Origin: Bacteroidota bacterium
GTDB lineage: Bacteria > Bacteroidota > Bacteroidia > Flavobacteriales > Weeksellaceae
Assembly (NCBI GenBank): GCA_023422635.1
Contig: JAFAGO010000029.1
Location: 116,796 to 180,795, forward strand
Length of the DNA: 64,000 bases
Reading direction: 5' to 3'
Part shown: positions 20,852-31,930 of the stretch, piece by piece
Layout: the number at the start of each line of letters is the position of its first letter
Position numbering within the stretch: the stretch's first letter is position 1
The notes under the pieces: model-generated
Database searches by the model: none
The model's input: the letters and a program-made list of their open reading frames with translations, nothing else
What the model was told of the DNA's origin: nothing
Program-made: the position numbers and the translations under genes

Positions 20852-22603
20852 TTAACTTTTACGGTCCGGTGCAAAGTACATTGGCGCTACCAAATCTACA
20901 CCTGCTTCACCAAAAACCTTCAAAATATTTTCGTTCAAATCCGATTTTATAAAGTACATTTTTTCTGGATTCATGGTGTAAGCATTCAACTGATATCGAA
21001 CACTTGTATCTTTTAAATTGCTTTTAAAAACGTATGGTTTGGGCATTGCCACAATTCCTTCCGTTTGTAAAGCCGCTTGAATCATCAAATCATTCACTTT
21101 TGTAAAAGGCACATTGTATTTAACATCAATTTCTGCGTTTAAAATCAAACCATTTTCGGGAGAAGATGAACTGTAATTAATGGTTTCATTGGTTAAAATC
21201 ATAGAATTTGGAACCGTAATATCTTCATTATTAATGGTTCGAAGTCGGGTAACTAAAGCTGTTTTTTCAATAACTTCTCCAATCATATTATTCACTTTAA
21301 TCCAATCACCCACTTGAAAAGGCCGCATATACGTGATGATAAATCCTGCAACGGTATTGGCAATCGCCGATGAAGATCCCAGCGACAGCAGTACCCCGAA
21401 AAACACAGAAATCCCTCTAAAAGCACTGGTATCGGAACCTGGCAAATACGGAAAAACCATTATGACAACGAAGGCAATTAAACAAATTCTTAAAAGATTG
21501 TACGTTGGCTTTGCCCAATCGATGTGGAAACCGTTTATTTTAAGATTTCCCCTTTGAATTTCAATTGAAAAATAGCGTAAAAGTTGATCAATATAACGAC
21601 CAATTATTAAGAAAACGATTATTCGAAGTAAGTTGGGAAAATAGTTGACCACCGAGTGAAAAACCTCTTTTAAAGGAACGATGACGAAGTGCAAAAAGCG
21701 ATACGCATAATGTTCCGTTGATGGAAAAATGCTGAAAATTAAACTTACAGCCAAACTCAGTAAAACAAAAAACACCAAAATGTGCGCCCATTTTAACACA
21801 CGCACCATTACCATACGCAATTTACGTGGACTAAGAATTTCGTAGTTTTTAACTTTTAACCGTTCAGGATTTTGAGAAGTGGTTTTCTCCACCGTTTTTC
21901 GGATAAGAAATCGAAATAATCTTCGCGAAAGTTTAAGCATCACGAAAAAAGCAACAACAATTCCCAACGTCATAAGCCAACGTAAAGCAATATTTTCAAG
22001 TTGATGACTGCTTCTTGTTTCATCAACGGTATTCGCGATCACTTTAAGATAGCGGTTTGCTAAAGAATCTTGCGAAACATTTTCCCAAAGCGCATCCTCT
22101 TGCGACACGCTGGTGATTACTTCGCCGTTATACATGATGTTGAGATATTCCTGATTGCGCTGAATTTTAAGCGAATCTTTGAAATATACTTTCTGTCGGT
22201 ACAATTCCTCGATGTTTCCTTCCGCATCTAAAGCGCGATCTTTTGTTGAGAATGGACCTAAACCCGAATACACGTCGAAAAGTTTTTGATGAAGAAGAAG
22301 CACAGGATAGGGCTTCACTTTTTTCCGAAGTTTTTCAATACTGATTTTCTGCTGAACCAAACGAAGAGAATCTTCTTGTTTGATTTTTTTTAGTTCGTTT
22401 TTGTATTTTTCAAGCTCCTTGGAACTGGGAGAAACAATATTCCCCAAACCTTCTTTTAAAATTTCGGTTCGGATGGAATCCTTGATTTTTAGGAGCGTAT
22501 TGGTTTCCTTAATGGATTGTAATTCTTGAAGAACGGAATCTTGCTGTGCGGAACTGAATTGAATTCCTAAAAACAAGATTAAAATTGAATAAATCACTTT
22601 CAT
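20852..22603 (-). CDS. Mechanosensitive ion channel family protein (MscS-like, large N-terminal periplasmic region)
   Basis: Signal peptide MKVIYSILILFLGIQFSSAQQ, TM bundle, MscS beta-domain GDWIKVNNMIGEVIEKTALVTRLRT. Confidence 0.8.
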   Translation of the reverse strand: MKVIYSILILFLGIQFSSAQQDSVLQELQSIKETNTLLKIKDSIRTEILKEGLGNIVSPSSKELEKYKNELKKIKQEDSLRLVQQKISIEKLRKKVKPYPVLLLHQKLFDVYSGLGPFSTKDRALDAEGNIEELYRQKVYFKDSLKIQRNQEYLNIMYNGEVITSVSQEDALWENVSQDSLANRYLKVIANTVDETRSSHQLENIALRWLMTLGIVVAFFVMLKLSRRLFRFLIRKTVEKTTSQNPERLKVKNYEILSPRKLRMVMVRVLKWAHILVFFVLLSLAVSLIFSIFPSTEHYAYRFLHFVIVPLKEVFHSVVNYFPNLLRIIVFLIIGRYIDQLLRYFSIEIQRGNLKINGFHIDWAKPTYNLLRICLIAFVVIMVFPYLPGSDTSAFRGISVFFGVLLSLGSSSAIANTVAGFIITYMRPFQVGDWIKVNNMIGEVIEKTALVTRLRTINNEDITVPNSMILTNETINYSSSSPENGLILNAEIDVKYNVPFTKVNDLMIQAALQTEGIVAMPKPYVFKSNLKDTSVRYQLNAYTMNPEKMYFIKSDLNENILKVFGEAGVDLVAPMYFAPDRKS

Positions 22604-22860
22604 TTTCAACGTTTTTGCTTGCTGAAACTCGGCAAACATCCTTTCAAAAATAAAGAATATTTTACAATTTCTGTTAATGAAAGTTAAAAAGCGTTTTAAA
22701 GGCTCTTATTCATCATTACTGTTGATGAATCAGGAAGAGGAATACAAGAAGAAATGTAGGAATTCCTGATTATCGAGAACAATTTCATCATCTTAGAAAT
22801 TTTCTTTTCTTTTAGTGAATGTCCGTTATTACTCATAGTGGTAAAATCCAAAAATTGTAT

Positions 22861-22935
22861 TGTCATTTCGACAAAGGAGAAATCTCTGATTATAAAAGAG
22901 ATTCTTCATTATGCTTTGCTTCATTCTGAATGACA
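22861..22935. repeat. Imperfect inverted pair of TGTCATT...GAGAAATCTC-type intergenic repeat
   Basis: TGTCATTTCGACAAAGGAGAAATCTC (22861-22886) faces GAGATTCTTCATTATGCTTTGCTTCATTCTGAATGACA (22898-22935). Confidence 0.6.
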
Positions 22936-23027
22936 AATTTCAATTTATTACTAAAAATGGATATTCATTTTCTTTGCTATAAAATTCTGTTGATGGGACT
23001 TCTGCCCAGTTCTTATCGAGTAAAAAT

Positions 23028-23107
23028 GCTTCGACTTCGCTCAGCATGACAATCCTAATCCAAACATTTTGAATTGGAGCGATGTCAGTCTGAGCCTAGT
23101 CGAAGAC
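23028..23107. repeat. Second inverted pair of the same repeat family
   Basis: GCTTCGACTTCGCTCAGCATGACA (23028-23051) faces TGTCAGTCTGAGCCTAGTCGAAGAC (23083-23107). Confidence 0.6.
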
Positions 23108-23178
23108 TAAGGTTATAAAACGGACAATCTAACAGCATCCAAATAAAGTTCAAAAACTTCTCAATAATGAACAAAAAA

Positions 23179-23200
23179 AATCCCCTTTTAAAAGGGGATT
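23179..23200 (-). terminator. Rho-independent terminator after the RRM gene
   Basis: AATCCCC/GGGGATT stem. A T-run follows on the minus strand (plus-strand A8 at 23173-23180). Confidence 0.75.
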
Positions 23201-23209
23201 TACAATTTC

Positions 23210-23521
23210 TTAATATCTGTTGTTACGGTTGTTATCTCTACGGAAACCACCGTTTCCACCTCCGAAGTTGCTTCTTGGTTCTCTTGGTCTAGCTTCAGAA
23301 ACGTTTAAGACTTTTTCTTTAAATTCTCTTTGGTTCAATTCTTCGATTGCTTTAAGGCCTTCATCGTTGTTTGGCATTTCTACAAATCCAAAACCACGGC
23401 TTCTACCTGTATCGCGATCCATAATAATTTTTGCTGAATCTACCACTCCGTAGTTTTCAAAAAGTGCTTGAAGTTCTGATTCTCTTGTGTTGTAATTGAT
23501 GTTTGAAATAAAAATGTTCAT
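23210..23521 (-). CDS. RRM-type RNA-binding protein with Gly/Arg-rich tail
   Basis: RNP2 IFISNI, RNP1 RGFGFVEM, C-terminal GGGNGGFRRDNNRNNRY. Confidence 0.9.
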   Translation of the reverse strand: MNIFISNINYNTRESELQALFENYGVVDSAKIIMDRDTGRSRGFGFVEMPNNDEGLKAIEELNQREFKEKVLNVSEARPREPRSNFGGGNGGFRRDNNRNNRY

Positions 23522-23657
23522 TATAAATAAATAAATAGTTGTTGTAATAAAAGTTTAAAGTGAAAACAACATTTGAATGAACATTGATTGTATTCCCTGA
23601 AAAATTTTCTGCAATATACAATAATTCTATTTAAACTAAATGCATTTTTTTTGAAAA

Positions 23658-25235
23658 TTATTTAATGCGTACAGCATAATATTCGCTTTCGTTTCCTAAT
23701 CGATCAATCGCCTTAATTGCCACATTATGAAGGGGTTTCCCATTTTCTGTTTTCAGCAATTTTTTTTCAGTGATATTGCGATCTAAAATTTCGGTTTTCC
23801 AAGTGTCTCCGTATTGACTGTACAGCACCCACAAAAATACAGCCTTCGGTTGATTTAATTCCCAATTTACCACGACATCATTTCCAATATTGGTATTTTT
23901 TAAAGTTGGTTTTGTAAGCGGAATAGTTTTCATCCAAGGCGATTTCGGAACCAATGCTTGTTCCCGATACGGACCATTTTTGAGCATTTGCTGCATTGAA
24001 TAATTTTTTAAAATCCCTGCAATACTCCAATGAACTTCACCTGTATCGCCTTTTAGAATTTCTCTGTTTATGCTGATTTCATTTTTAATTTCAGTAACCG
24101 GATCACCAACTTTGGTGGTTACGGTATTAATTCCTGGCCATAGATGTCGCCCTTTTTTATTTTCATCTTTCCACCATTGCAAAAGTGCGGGATAACTTTG
24201 CCCTTTAGAATCAATCGGCCAATACAATTGTGGCGAAAAATAATCCACCCAACCTTGATTTAACCATAATTTGGCATCTGCATATAAATCATCATATTGA
24301 GAAGTTCCTTTAATTCCTTCTGGATAACCAGGTTTCCAAATTCCGAAAGGACTAATTCCGAATTTCACATCATCTTTAATTTGATGAATTTCTGTATAAA
24401 CCCTTTCAATAAATTTATTCACATTTGCTCTTCTCCATTCCCCTTTCGTTAAATTTCCACCTTCGTTTAAATACGCTTTCCAAGATCGATCATCGGGAAA
24501 ATCTTTTCCTCCATTATACTCTTTATAAGGATAAAAATAATCATCAATGTGAATGGCATCAATATCATAACGTTTTACAATATCTTGAATTACCGCCGAA
24601 GCTTGATCCTGCGTTTTTTGACTTGTGGGATCAAACCAATACATTCCATTTTTCAAGCGAACGACATTTTCGGGAGATTTTTTCACCATTGATTCCGAAG
24701 TTACACTTCCGCCATTTGAATGATGCGCACGATAAGGATTTAACCAAACATGCAACTCTAAGCCTCTTTTATGAGTTTCTTCCACCCAAAACTCCAAAGG
24801 ATCATAATACGGATTAGGCGCTTTCCCGGTAGACCCCGTAAGGAAATACGACCACGGTTCGAAATTACTTTTATACAAAGCATCTGCAGATGGACGAATT
24901 TGCAAGATTACCGCATTAAAATTGATGCTCTTTAACAAATCTAACAACTGAACGGCCTCTGCTTTTTGCTGTTCCGTGGTGAGATTATTTTTAGAAGGCC
25001 AATTAATATTAGCAACGGAAGCAATCCAAGCAGCACGAAATTCGCGTTTAACTTCTGGAAGGTTAAGATGAACCACTTCTGCTTCTTTTTCTTTTTTTAT
25101 CGGTGGAACGGGCTTCGGTTTATCCGTGGTTTTTGCAGGTGTTTTTTTAACGGTTTTTTTGGGTTGAGATGCGCACGAGAACACCAAAACGGCTAGAATT
25201 GCGAAAATCGAAAATCGAAAAAGGATTCTTTTCAT
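23658..25235 (-). CDS. Lipoprotein with glycoside-hydrolase-like (GHL10/YngK-type TIM barrel) domain
   Basis: Lipoprotein signal ending VFSC. The central region resembles family-10-like glycosylhydrolase (DUF4015-type) proteins. This is a recognition-level call. Confidence 0.55.
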   Translation of the reverse strand: MKRILFRFSIFAILAVLVFSCASQPKKTVKKTPAKTTDKPKPVPPIKKEKEAEVVHLNLPEVKREFRAAWIASVANINWPSKNNLTTEQQKAEAVQLLDLLKSINFNAVILQIRPSADALYKSNFEPWSYFLTGSTGKAPNPYYDPLEFWVEETHKRGLELHVWLNPYRAHHSNGGSVTSESMVKKSPENVVRLKNGMYWFDPTSQKTQDQASAVIQDIVKRYDIDAIHIDDYFYPYKEYNGGKDFPDDRSWKAYLNEGGNLTKGEWRRANVNKFIERVYTEIHQIKDDVKFGISPFGIWKPGYPEGIKGTSQYDDLYADAKLWLNQGWVDYFSPQLYWPIDSKGQSYPALLQWWKDENKKGRHLWPGINTVTTKVGDPVTEIKNEISINREILKGDTGEVHWSIAGILKNYSMQQMLKNGPYREQALVPKSPWMKTIPLTKPTLKNTNIGNDVVVNWELNQPKAVFLWVLYSQYGDTWKTEILDRNITEKKLLKTENGKPLHNVAIKAIDRLGNESEYYAVRIK

Positions 25236-25263
25236 AAAGGGTTTGAAATTGATGGAACATTAA

Positions 25264-25285
25264 AAAACCTCAATAAAGAGGTTTT
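25264..25285 (-). terminator. Candidate terminator after the TonB receptor
   Basis: AAAACCTC/GAGGTTTT stem with a 6-nt loop. Confidence 0.55.
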
Positions 25286-25421
25286 AGTAAGTGTTGAAAT
25301 ATTTTGTAAAAATACATTTTTAAAGCATAGAAATTGAGTTTTCTACAAAAATTGAATTTCTCAAAAAAATTGAAATTCGTTTACATTGATAATCGTTAAA
25401 AAACTCAACTTTAAAATCATT

Positions 25422-27221
25422 TTATTTCAGAGTAAATGCGACACCAAGATGAAACCATCTTCCCGGCATTGGAACTCCAAAAACTTCTGTATAATCCGTA
25501 TTTGTAAGATTATTCACCAAGAGATAGGTTTCAAAATTTCCTTTTTTGAAGGTTAATTTTTCATCCAACAATTGATATTTTCCGGTACTTACTCTTTCCA
25601 AATATCGGTACGTTAACTGATTGCTGAAATATTTCAGAAAACGGTTTTCCAGTTTAGCTATGAATTGATGACGAAGATTTTCTGCCACATACTTCGAAAA
25701 CTCGTAAGGAATTTCAAAAGAATTATCAAGATAGGTATAACTCAAATTAATATTTGTGTGGATTGCATCGACTGGAATTTGCACTTCTGTTTCAAAACCT
25801 TTTGTTTTCACTTGTGCGATGTTTTCTGCTGTCCATAATTCTGCATCATTGTTTTTTATCCAATCAATCATATTATCGGTATCGCGCATAAATACGCTCG
25901 CTTTTACCATCCAATTCCTTTTCTTGAATTGATATCCTACTTCGGAAGAAACTGCATTTTCAGGCTGCAAATTCACATTTCCAGATTCGGTTCTACTTAA
26001 ATAATACAGATCGGTAAATGTAGGCACACGGTTTACTTTCGCAATATTTCCATAAATTTTATGGTGCTCATTAAAATCAAATCCGACATCTAAACCAGGA
26101 TAAAAATAATTTCCCGCGTTGGAAAAATCGGCCCAAGAAATCCCTGGAATAATCTGCAAGCGATCCGAAAGTAAAGAAAATCGATGCTCGAAGAACAACT
26201 GAGAAATCAGCCGATCTTGATTTCCTAAATTATTAGAAGCTAAAAACTCTTTTCGAAATTCCGCTCCAAAACCTGTTACTCCCAGCGAAGACGCATAATT
26301 CGCGTTAACTTCTGCACCAAAATTATTGCCGATGTGCATGTTTCGGTAGATTTCGGGCTTTTCTCGATTGTACAAATACATATCTTGGCCTCTTCTCCAA
26401 TTCACATTCGAGTGAATATTCCATTTTTGAAAACGTTGTTCATATTGAACACTTACAATAGAAGCTTGCATTTCTTCATACTGTTCGGTAGCGTTAGGTG
26501 ACGAATAAAAGCCATTGGCTCCGAATTTCTTCTCTGAAAATCCCGCTTGTAAACCAATACTACCGTTTTGCAGTGCAAATTTATTTTGATAGTAAACATT
26601 TCGAATTTCGTAATCGGTATTATGACGATATCCATCTGACGAATTTGTTGATACCTGAAAAAGATTAGTGAAATTTTCGCTTCCAAAAGTAGAAGAAAGT
26701 CCAAGAGCATACGATGAAAAATCTCCACCTTCCGCTGAAATCCGGGCAGATTCTTCGCCGGAAGTTTTCGTGATAATATTAATCGCACCTGCATACGCGT
26801 TTTGGCCAAATCTTCTCGCAGCGGGACCTTTAATGATTTCAATTCTTTCTACAGATGCAAGATCGACGGGAATATTCAAGCTGTTGTGGCCAGTTTGAGA
26901 ATCGTTCATACGAACGCCATTAAGTAAAATTAAAACTTGATCGAATGAACCTCCACGAATACTAACATCACTTTGCACGCCGTTCGCACCTCTTCTTCTG
27001 ATATCCATTCCCGAATACTGCTGTAAAACTTCGTCAATACTTTGTGCAGGAGAATTTTCGATATCCTTTCGGGTAATCACTTCCATATTCTCGGAAACTT
27101 TAGCATAAGGCGTATTCAAAATTTTCCCGTGAATCGTAATACTGTCGATGTCTTTTGTTTGTTGAGCAAAAACGAAACTACAGCTCAATAGTAAAAATGC
27201 TGAAAAAATACTTTTTCTCAT
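25422..27221 (-). CDS. TonB-dependent receptor (small, BtuB-size)
   Basis: Signal peptide ...SFVFAQQ, plug motifs (IEIIKGPAARRFGQNAYAGAINIITK), beta-barrel repeats. Start set at MRKSIFSAF. Confidence 0.8.
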   Translation of the reverse strand: MRKSIFSAFLLLSCSFVFAQQTKDIDSITIHGKILNTPYAKVSENMEVITRKDIENSPAQSIDEVLQQYSGMDIRRRGANGVQSDVSIRGGSFDQVLILLNGVRMNDSQTGHNSLNIPVDLASVERIEIIKGPAARRFGQNAYAGAINIITKTSGEESARISAEGGDFSSYALGLSSTFGSENFTNLFQVSTNSSDGYRHNTDYEIRNVYYQNKFALQNGSIGLQAGFSEKKFGANGFYSSPNATEQYEEMQASIVSVQYEQRFQKWNIHSNVNWRRGQDMYLYNREKPEIYRNMHIGNNFGAEVNANYASSLGVTGFGAEFRKEFLASNNLGNQDRLISQLFFEHRFSLLSDRLQIIPGISWADFSNAGNYFYPGLDVGFDFNEHHKIYGNIAKVNRVPTFTDLYYLSRTESGNVNLQPENAVSSEVGYQFKKRNWMVKASVFMRDTDNMIDWIKNNDAELWTAENIAQVKTKGFETEVQIPVDAIHTNINLSYTYLDNSFEIPYEFSKYVAENLRHQFIAKLENRFLKYFSNQLTYRYLERVSTGKYQLLDEKLTFKKGNFETYLLVNNLTNTDYTEVFGVPMPGRWFHLGVAFTLK

Positions 27222-27292
27222 GAGGATTAGTTTGAGTAATAAAAGCCGCAAAGATAATTTTCATAAAATAAAATCTGCCAACTTTTCATAAA

Positions 27293-27317
27293 AAAATCCC
27301 CAAAAAATGGGGATTTT
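27293..27317 (-). terminator. Rho-independent terminator after typA
   Basis: AAAATCCCC/GGGGATTTT stem with a 7-nt loop. A T-run follows on the minus strand. Confidence 0.75.
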
Positions 27318-27339
27318 ATAGATATCACTATACGTGAAA

Positions 27340-29151
27340 TTATTCTGATTTTGCAACTCTTTCTGCACGTTTTCTTTCTTCTTCAGAAAGAATTTTCTTT
27401 CTCATACGGATGAAGTTTGGTGTAACTTCGATTGCTTCATCACCTTGGATATATTCCATACATTCTTCAAGAGAGAATAAGATTTTTGGTGCAACACCTG
27501 TATCTTTATCTTTACCAGCAGCACGCATGTTGTTCAATTGTTTTGCTTCTACGATGTTTACTACAAGATCTCCTGGTTTGTTTTGTTCACCGATAATCAT
27601 TCCAGTGTAAATTTCCTCACCTGGATCAACGAAGAATTTCCCTCTATCTTGCAATTTTGCAATTGAATATTCTGTAGCTGGACCTGTAGTTTTGCTTACC
27701 AAAACGCCATTGTTTCTTCCTGGAATCGCTCCTTTGAAAGGTTTATATTCAGAAAAACGGTGTGCCATAATTGCTTCACCTGCAGTTGCAGTAAGCATTT
27801 GAGAACGGAGTCCGATTAATCCTCGTGAAGGAATATCGAATTCCATATGTTGCATTTCGCCTTTGGTTTCCATAATTAAAAGGTCCCCTTTTCTTTGTGT
27901 CGCCAAATCGATTACTTTAGAAGAATATTCATCTGGAACATCCACTACCAAAGATTCATAAGGTTCTAATTTTTGACCATTTTCATCTTCTTTCAAGATT
28001 ACTTGTGGCTGACCGATCGTCATTTCATACCCTTCTCTTCTCATTGTTTCAATTAAAACAGATAAGTGAAGAATACCTCTACCGAAAACTAGGAAAGTGT
28101 TCGCATCATCCGTTTGTTGAACTCTTAATGCTAAGTTTTTCTCTAATTCTTTGGTTAATCTTTCTTTTAGGTGATTAGAAGTTACATACTTTCCATCTTT
28201 TCCAAAGAACGGTGAATTGTTGATGGAGAACGTCATGTTCAACGTTGGTTCATCAATAGCCGTTCTTTCCAAAGGTTCTGGATTTTCAAGATCTACGAAA
28301 GTATCACCAATTTGGAAAGCGTCAAAACCTACAACAGCACAAATATCACCTGCACCAACTTCAGAAACTTTTTTCTTACCAAGACCTTCAAAAACGTATA
28401 ATTCTTTTACTTTTCCTTTTACAATTTTGTCGCCTTCTTGTGCAAGACCAATCCATTGTCCTTCTTTTACGGAACCTCTCGCAACTTTACCGATCGCAAT
28501 TCTTCCTAAGAAAGAAGAAAAATCAAGTGAAGTAATTTGCATTTGAAGGTTACCTTCTTCTACTTTTGGTTCAGGAACATATTCCAAAACACCATCCAAA
28601 ATTGGAAGAATAGAATCGGTTGGTTCTAATGAAGTATTAAACCATCCTTGTTTTGAAGAACCATAGAAAGTTGGGAAATCCAACTGTTCTTCTGTAGCAT
28701 CCAAAGCAAAGAAAAGATCGAACACTTTATCGTGAACTTCTTCTGGACGGCAGTTTTCTTTATCTACTTTATTAATAACCACAATTGGTCTTAATCCTAA
28801 TTGAAGCGCCTTTTGAAGTACAAATCTAGTTTGTGGCATTGGTCCTTCGAAAGCATCAACCAAAAGAATTACACCATCTGCCATTTTCAAAACACGTTCC
28901 ACTTCACCACCAAAATCGGCGTGTCCTGGGGTATCGATAACATTAATTTTGGTGTCTTTATAATTTACAGAGATGTTTTTAGAAAGAATGGTAATTCCTC
29001 TTTCTCTTTCCAAATCGTTGTTATCCATAATCAACTCTCCAGATTCCTGGTTTTCGCGGAAAATGTGTGTTGCATGAATAATCTTGTCCACCAAAGTTGT
29101 TTTACCATGGTCAACGTGAGCGATAATCGCGATATTTCTAATGTTTTGCAT
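27340..29151 (-). CDS. typA: Translational GTPase TypA/BipA
   Basis: [35 protein letters not shown]. 603 aa with EF-G-like domain order. Confidence 0.95.
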   Translation of the reverse strand: MQNIRNIAIIAHVDHGKTTLVDKIIHATHIFRENQESGELIMDNNDLERERGITILSKNISVNYKDTKINVIDTPGHADFGGEVERVLKMADGVILLVDAFEGPMPQTRFVLQKALQLGLRPIVVINKVDKENCRPEEVHDKVFDLFFALDATEEQLDFPTFYGSSKQGWFNTSLEPTDSILPILDGVLEYVPEPKVEEGNLQMQITSLDFSSFLGRIAIGKVARGSVKEGQWIGLAQEGDKIVKGKVKELYVFEGLGKKKVSEVGAGDICAVVGFDAFQIGDTFVDLENPEPLERTAIDEPTLNMTFSINNSPFFGKDGKYVTSNHLKERLTKELEKNLALRVQQTDDANTFLVFGRGILHLSVLIETMRREGYEMTIGQPQVILKEDENGQKLEPYESLVVDVPDEYSSKVIDLATQRKGDLLIMETKGEMQHMEFDIPSRGLIGLRSQMLTATAGEAIMAHRFSEYKPFKGAIPGRNNGVLVSKTTGPATEYSIAKLQDRGKFFVDPGEEIYTGMIIGEQNKPGDLVVNIVEAKQLNNMRAAGKDKDTGVAPKILFSLEECMEYIQGDEAIEVTPNFIRMRKKILSEEERKRAERVAKSE

Positions 29152-29264
29152 CGTGAATTTTTACGGGTGCAAAAGTACATCTTTTTTGCGGAAAATCAAT
29201 TTAATACAGATAATTTTTTAATAAAACACCGACTTCCCGTAATTTAATAGAAAACCGAGAATTA

Positions 29265-29639
29265 TTATAGACTTTTAATGAGATAAATGGAAAGCAAAAT
29301 ACCAACAACCAGCATTGCCAACGTAATCACTAAACTAAATGGCGAGCCGGATTGGTAATCGGCACGGTTAATTTCTTTCTGAATTCTTTTATAATTATAA
29401 TACGAAAACACCACCATAACTGCACCAATTAACACGAGTGAAATACCGATAATCCCAGAAAAACCTTGGTGATGTTGCACATCTTTCGCGTCCACCAATA
29501 ATGTAAACTGCCGAACAAATAAAGAAAACTTAACCACAACAAATCCAAAACCCATTACGGCAATTGCCGTTCGAATCCATGCTAAAAAGGTTCGTTCGTT
29601 TGCTAAATGATCGGTTACATTTTTTGGTTTATTTTCCAT
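29265..29639 (-). CDS. DUF202/YidH-family membrane protein
   Basis: LANERTFLAWIRT motif and three TM helices. Confidence 0.7.
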   Translation of the reverse strand: MENKPKNVTDHLANERTFLAWIRTAIAVMGFGFVVVKFSLFVRQFTLLVDAKDVQHHQGFSGIIGISLVLIGAVMVVFSYYNYKRIQKEINRADYQSGSPFSLVITLAMLVVGILLSIYLIKSL

Positions 29640-29719
29640 ACATCAACGATTAAAAGTTTAAAACTAATCATTTCCAAATTGAAAATGCACAAATAATTTT
29701 TAATTCTTAAAATTGAACT

Positions 29720-29727
29720 TATTTTTG
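29720..29727 (+). promoter_or_regulatory. Candidate Bacteroidota -7 box (TATTTTTG) for tex
   Basis: Matches TAnnTTTG about 35 nt upstream of the ATG. Confidence 0.3.
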
Positions 29728-29762
29728 CTCAAACAAAGAAAAAAACAAGATAAAATTTACAA

Positions 29763-31883
29763 ATGACCGTAACTTCTTATATTCAACTCTATCAAAATAT
29801 TTCTAATAAAAGCATTGATGCAACTTTAAAACTGCTTTACGAAGATTGCACGATTCCGTTTATTTCTCGATACCGAAAAGATCAAACTGGAAATTTGGAT
29901 GAAGTTCAAATTGAAAACATTTCCAAACTCAGCAAACAATTCGATGAGATTGAAAAACGTAAAGCAAGTATTTTGAATTCCATTGAAGAACAAAATGCTT
30001 TAACTCCAGAATTAAAAGATAAAATTGAACATTCTTACGATTTAAAAGAATTGGAAGATTTCTATTTGCCTTTCAAAAAAAGAAAGAAAACCAAAGCAGA
30101 TGCTGCTCGCGCAAAAGGATTAGAACCTTTGGCGAAAATCATCATGAGCCAAAAATCCGACAATCTCTACTCTACCGTTTCAAGATTTACTTCAAAAGAA
30201 ATTTCTGAAGATGAAGCTTTGCAAGGTGCAAGAGATATTATTGCTGAATGGCTAAATGAACATTTGTACATCCGAAAAAATCTGAGAAGATTGTATCAAA
30301 AAACAGCGCAAATCACTTCAAAAGTAGTCAAAGCGAAAAAAGAGGAAGAAGCCGCACAGAAATTCAGTCAATATTTTGAATGGCAAGAATCTTTAAATCG
30401 AATTCCTTCGCATAGATTGTTAGCAATTCTTCGTGCGGAACAAGAAGGTTTTGTAAAAGTGAATATTTCCGTTGAAAACGAAGAAGCATTTCAAATAATG
30501 GAAAGAGCGGTGATTAAAGGAAATTCTGAATCTGCTGAACAAATATTTTTAGCCATAAAAGACAGTTTCAAGAGATTGCTCGATCCAGCGATTTCCAACG
30601 AAGTTTTGCAAGAAGCCAAAACCAAAGCCGACCAAAAATCGATTGAAGTTTTTGCGGCAAATTTAAAACAACTCCTCCTCGATTCTCCACTCGGTGAAAA
30701 ACGAATCTTGGCGATAGATCCAGGTTATAGAACAGGTTGCAAAGTCGTTTGCTTAGATGAAAAAGGCGATTTACTCCACAACGAAACCATTTTTCCGCAC
30801 GCTCCACAAAACGAATCTGGAATGGCGATGAAGAAAATTCGTTCAATGGTGAGTTCTTATAAAATTGAAGCGATTTCGATCGGAAATGGAACGGCAAGTC
30901 GTGAAACAGAATTCTTCATCAAGAAAATTGCGTTTGATCAACCCATTCAGGTTTTTGTGGTTTCCGAAGCGGGCGCGTCTGTTTATTCAGCGAGTAAAAT
31001 TGCGAGAGATGAATTTCCGAATTATGATGTTACGGTTCGCGGTGCGGTTTCGATTGGACGAAGACTTGCTGATCCTTTGGCTGAACTCGTGAAAATTGAT
31101 CCAAAATCGATTGGTGTTGGACAATATCAGCACGATGTCGATCAAAATTTATTGAAAGCGGAACTTGATTCGACTACAATGAGCTGTGTAAATGCAGTCG
31201 GAATTAATTTGAATACTGCGAGTAAATCCTTATTAAGTTACGTTTCGGGAATCGGTGATAAACTTGCCGAAAACATTGTGAAATATCGTTCGGAAAACGG
31301 TTCATTTGAAAGCAGAAACGAATTGAAAAAAGTTCCAAGAGTGGGCGAAAAAGCGTATCAACAAGCAGCAGCGTTCATTCGAATTAAAAATGGGAAAAAT
31401 CCTTTGGACGATTCTGCAGTTCATCCTGAAGCATATTCGATTGTTCAAAAAATGGCAAAAGATTTAGGTTTGAAAGTGAAAGAATTGATTTCTAACGCTG
31501 AAAAAATTAAAAGCATCAAACCTGCAGATTACGCTACTACAGAAATTGGAATTTTAGGAATTGAAGATATTTTGAAAGAGCTTTTAAAACCTGGTTTAGA
31601 CCCAAGAAAAGCGGCAAAAATATTCGAATTTGATTCTTCTATAAAATCCATAAAAGATTTAAAAACAGGAATGATACTTCCTGGAATTGTGAATAACATT
31701 ACCGCTTTCGGATGTTTCGTCGATTTAGGAATTAAAGAAAGTGGACTCGTTCATATTTCTCAACTCAAAGAAGGTTTTGTTTCTGATGTGAATGAAGTAG
31801 TAAAACTCCAGCAACACGTAAAAGTAAAAGTCACAGAAATTGATGAAGCCAGAAAGCGAATTCAGTTGAGTATGATTCTGTAA
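29763..31883 (+). CDS. tex: Tex-like transcription accessory protein (YqgF/RuvC-like, HhH and S1 domains)
   Basis: 706 aa. N-terminal CTIPFISRYRKD motif and C-terminal S1 domain GMILPGIVNNITAFGCFVDLG. Confidence 0.9.
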   Translation: MTVTSYIQLYQNISNKSIDATLKLLYEDCTIPFISRYRKDQTGNLDEVQIENISKLSKQFDEIEKRKASILNSIEEQNALTPELKDKIEHSYDLKELEDFYLPFKKRKKTKADAARAKGLEPLAKIIMSQKSDNLYSTVSRFTSKEISEDEALQGARDIIAEWLNEHLYIRKNLRRLYQKTAQITSKVVKAKKEEEAAQKFSQYFEWQESLNRIPSHRLLAILRAEQEGFVKVNISVENEEAFQIMERAVIKGNSESAEQIFLAIKDSFKRLLDPAISNEVLQEAKTKADQKSIEVFAANLKQLLLDSPLGEKRILAIDPGYRTGCKVVCLDEKGDLLHNETIFPHAPQNESGMAMKKIRSMVSSYKIEAISIGNGTASRETEFFIKKIAFDQPIQVFVVSEAGASVYSASKIARDEFPNYDVTVRGAVSIGRRLADPLAELVKIDPKSIGVGQYQHDVDQNLLKAELDSTTMSCVNAVGINLNTASKSLLSYVSGIGDKLAENIVKYRSENGSFESRNELKKVPRVGEKAYQQAAAFIRIKNGKNPLDDSAVHPEAYSIVQKMAKDLGLKVKELISNAEKIKSIKPADYATTEIGILGIEDILKELLKPGLDPRKAAKIFEFDSSIKSIKDLKTGMILPGIVNNITAFGCFVDLGIKESGLVHISQLKEGFVSDVNEVVKLQQHVKVKVTEIDEARKRIQLSMIL

Positions 31884-31930
31884 ATTCAACATTAAAAAGA
31901 AGAAATTAATAATCATCGAAAACATCAAAA

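Noticed and set aside
27222-27339. Possible cobalamin riboswitch upstream of the small BtuB-sized TonB receptor
   Set aside because: Only ~118 nt are available and most of it is the typA terminator hairpin. No B12-box-like sequence was seen.
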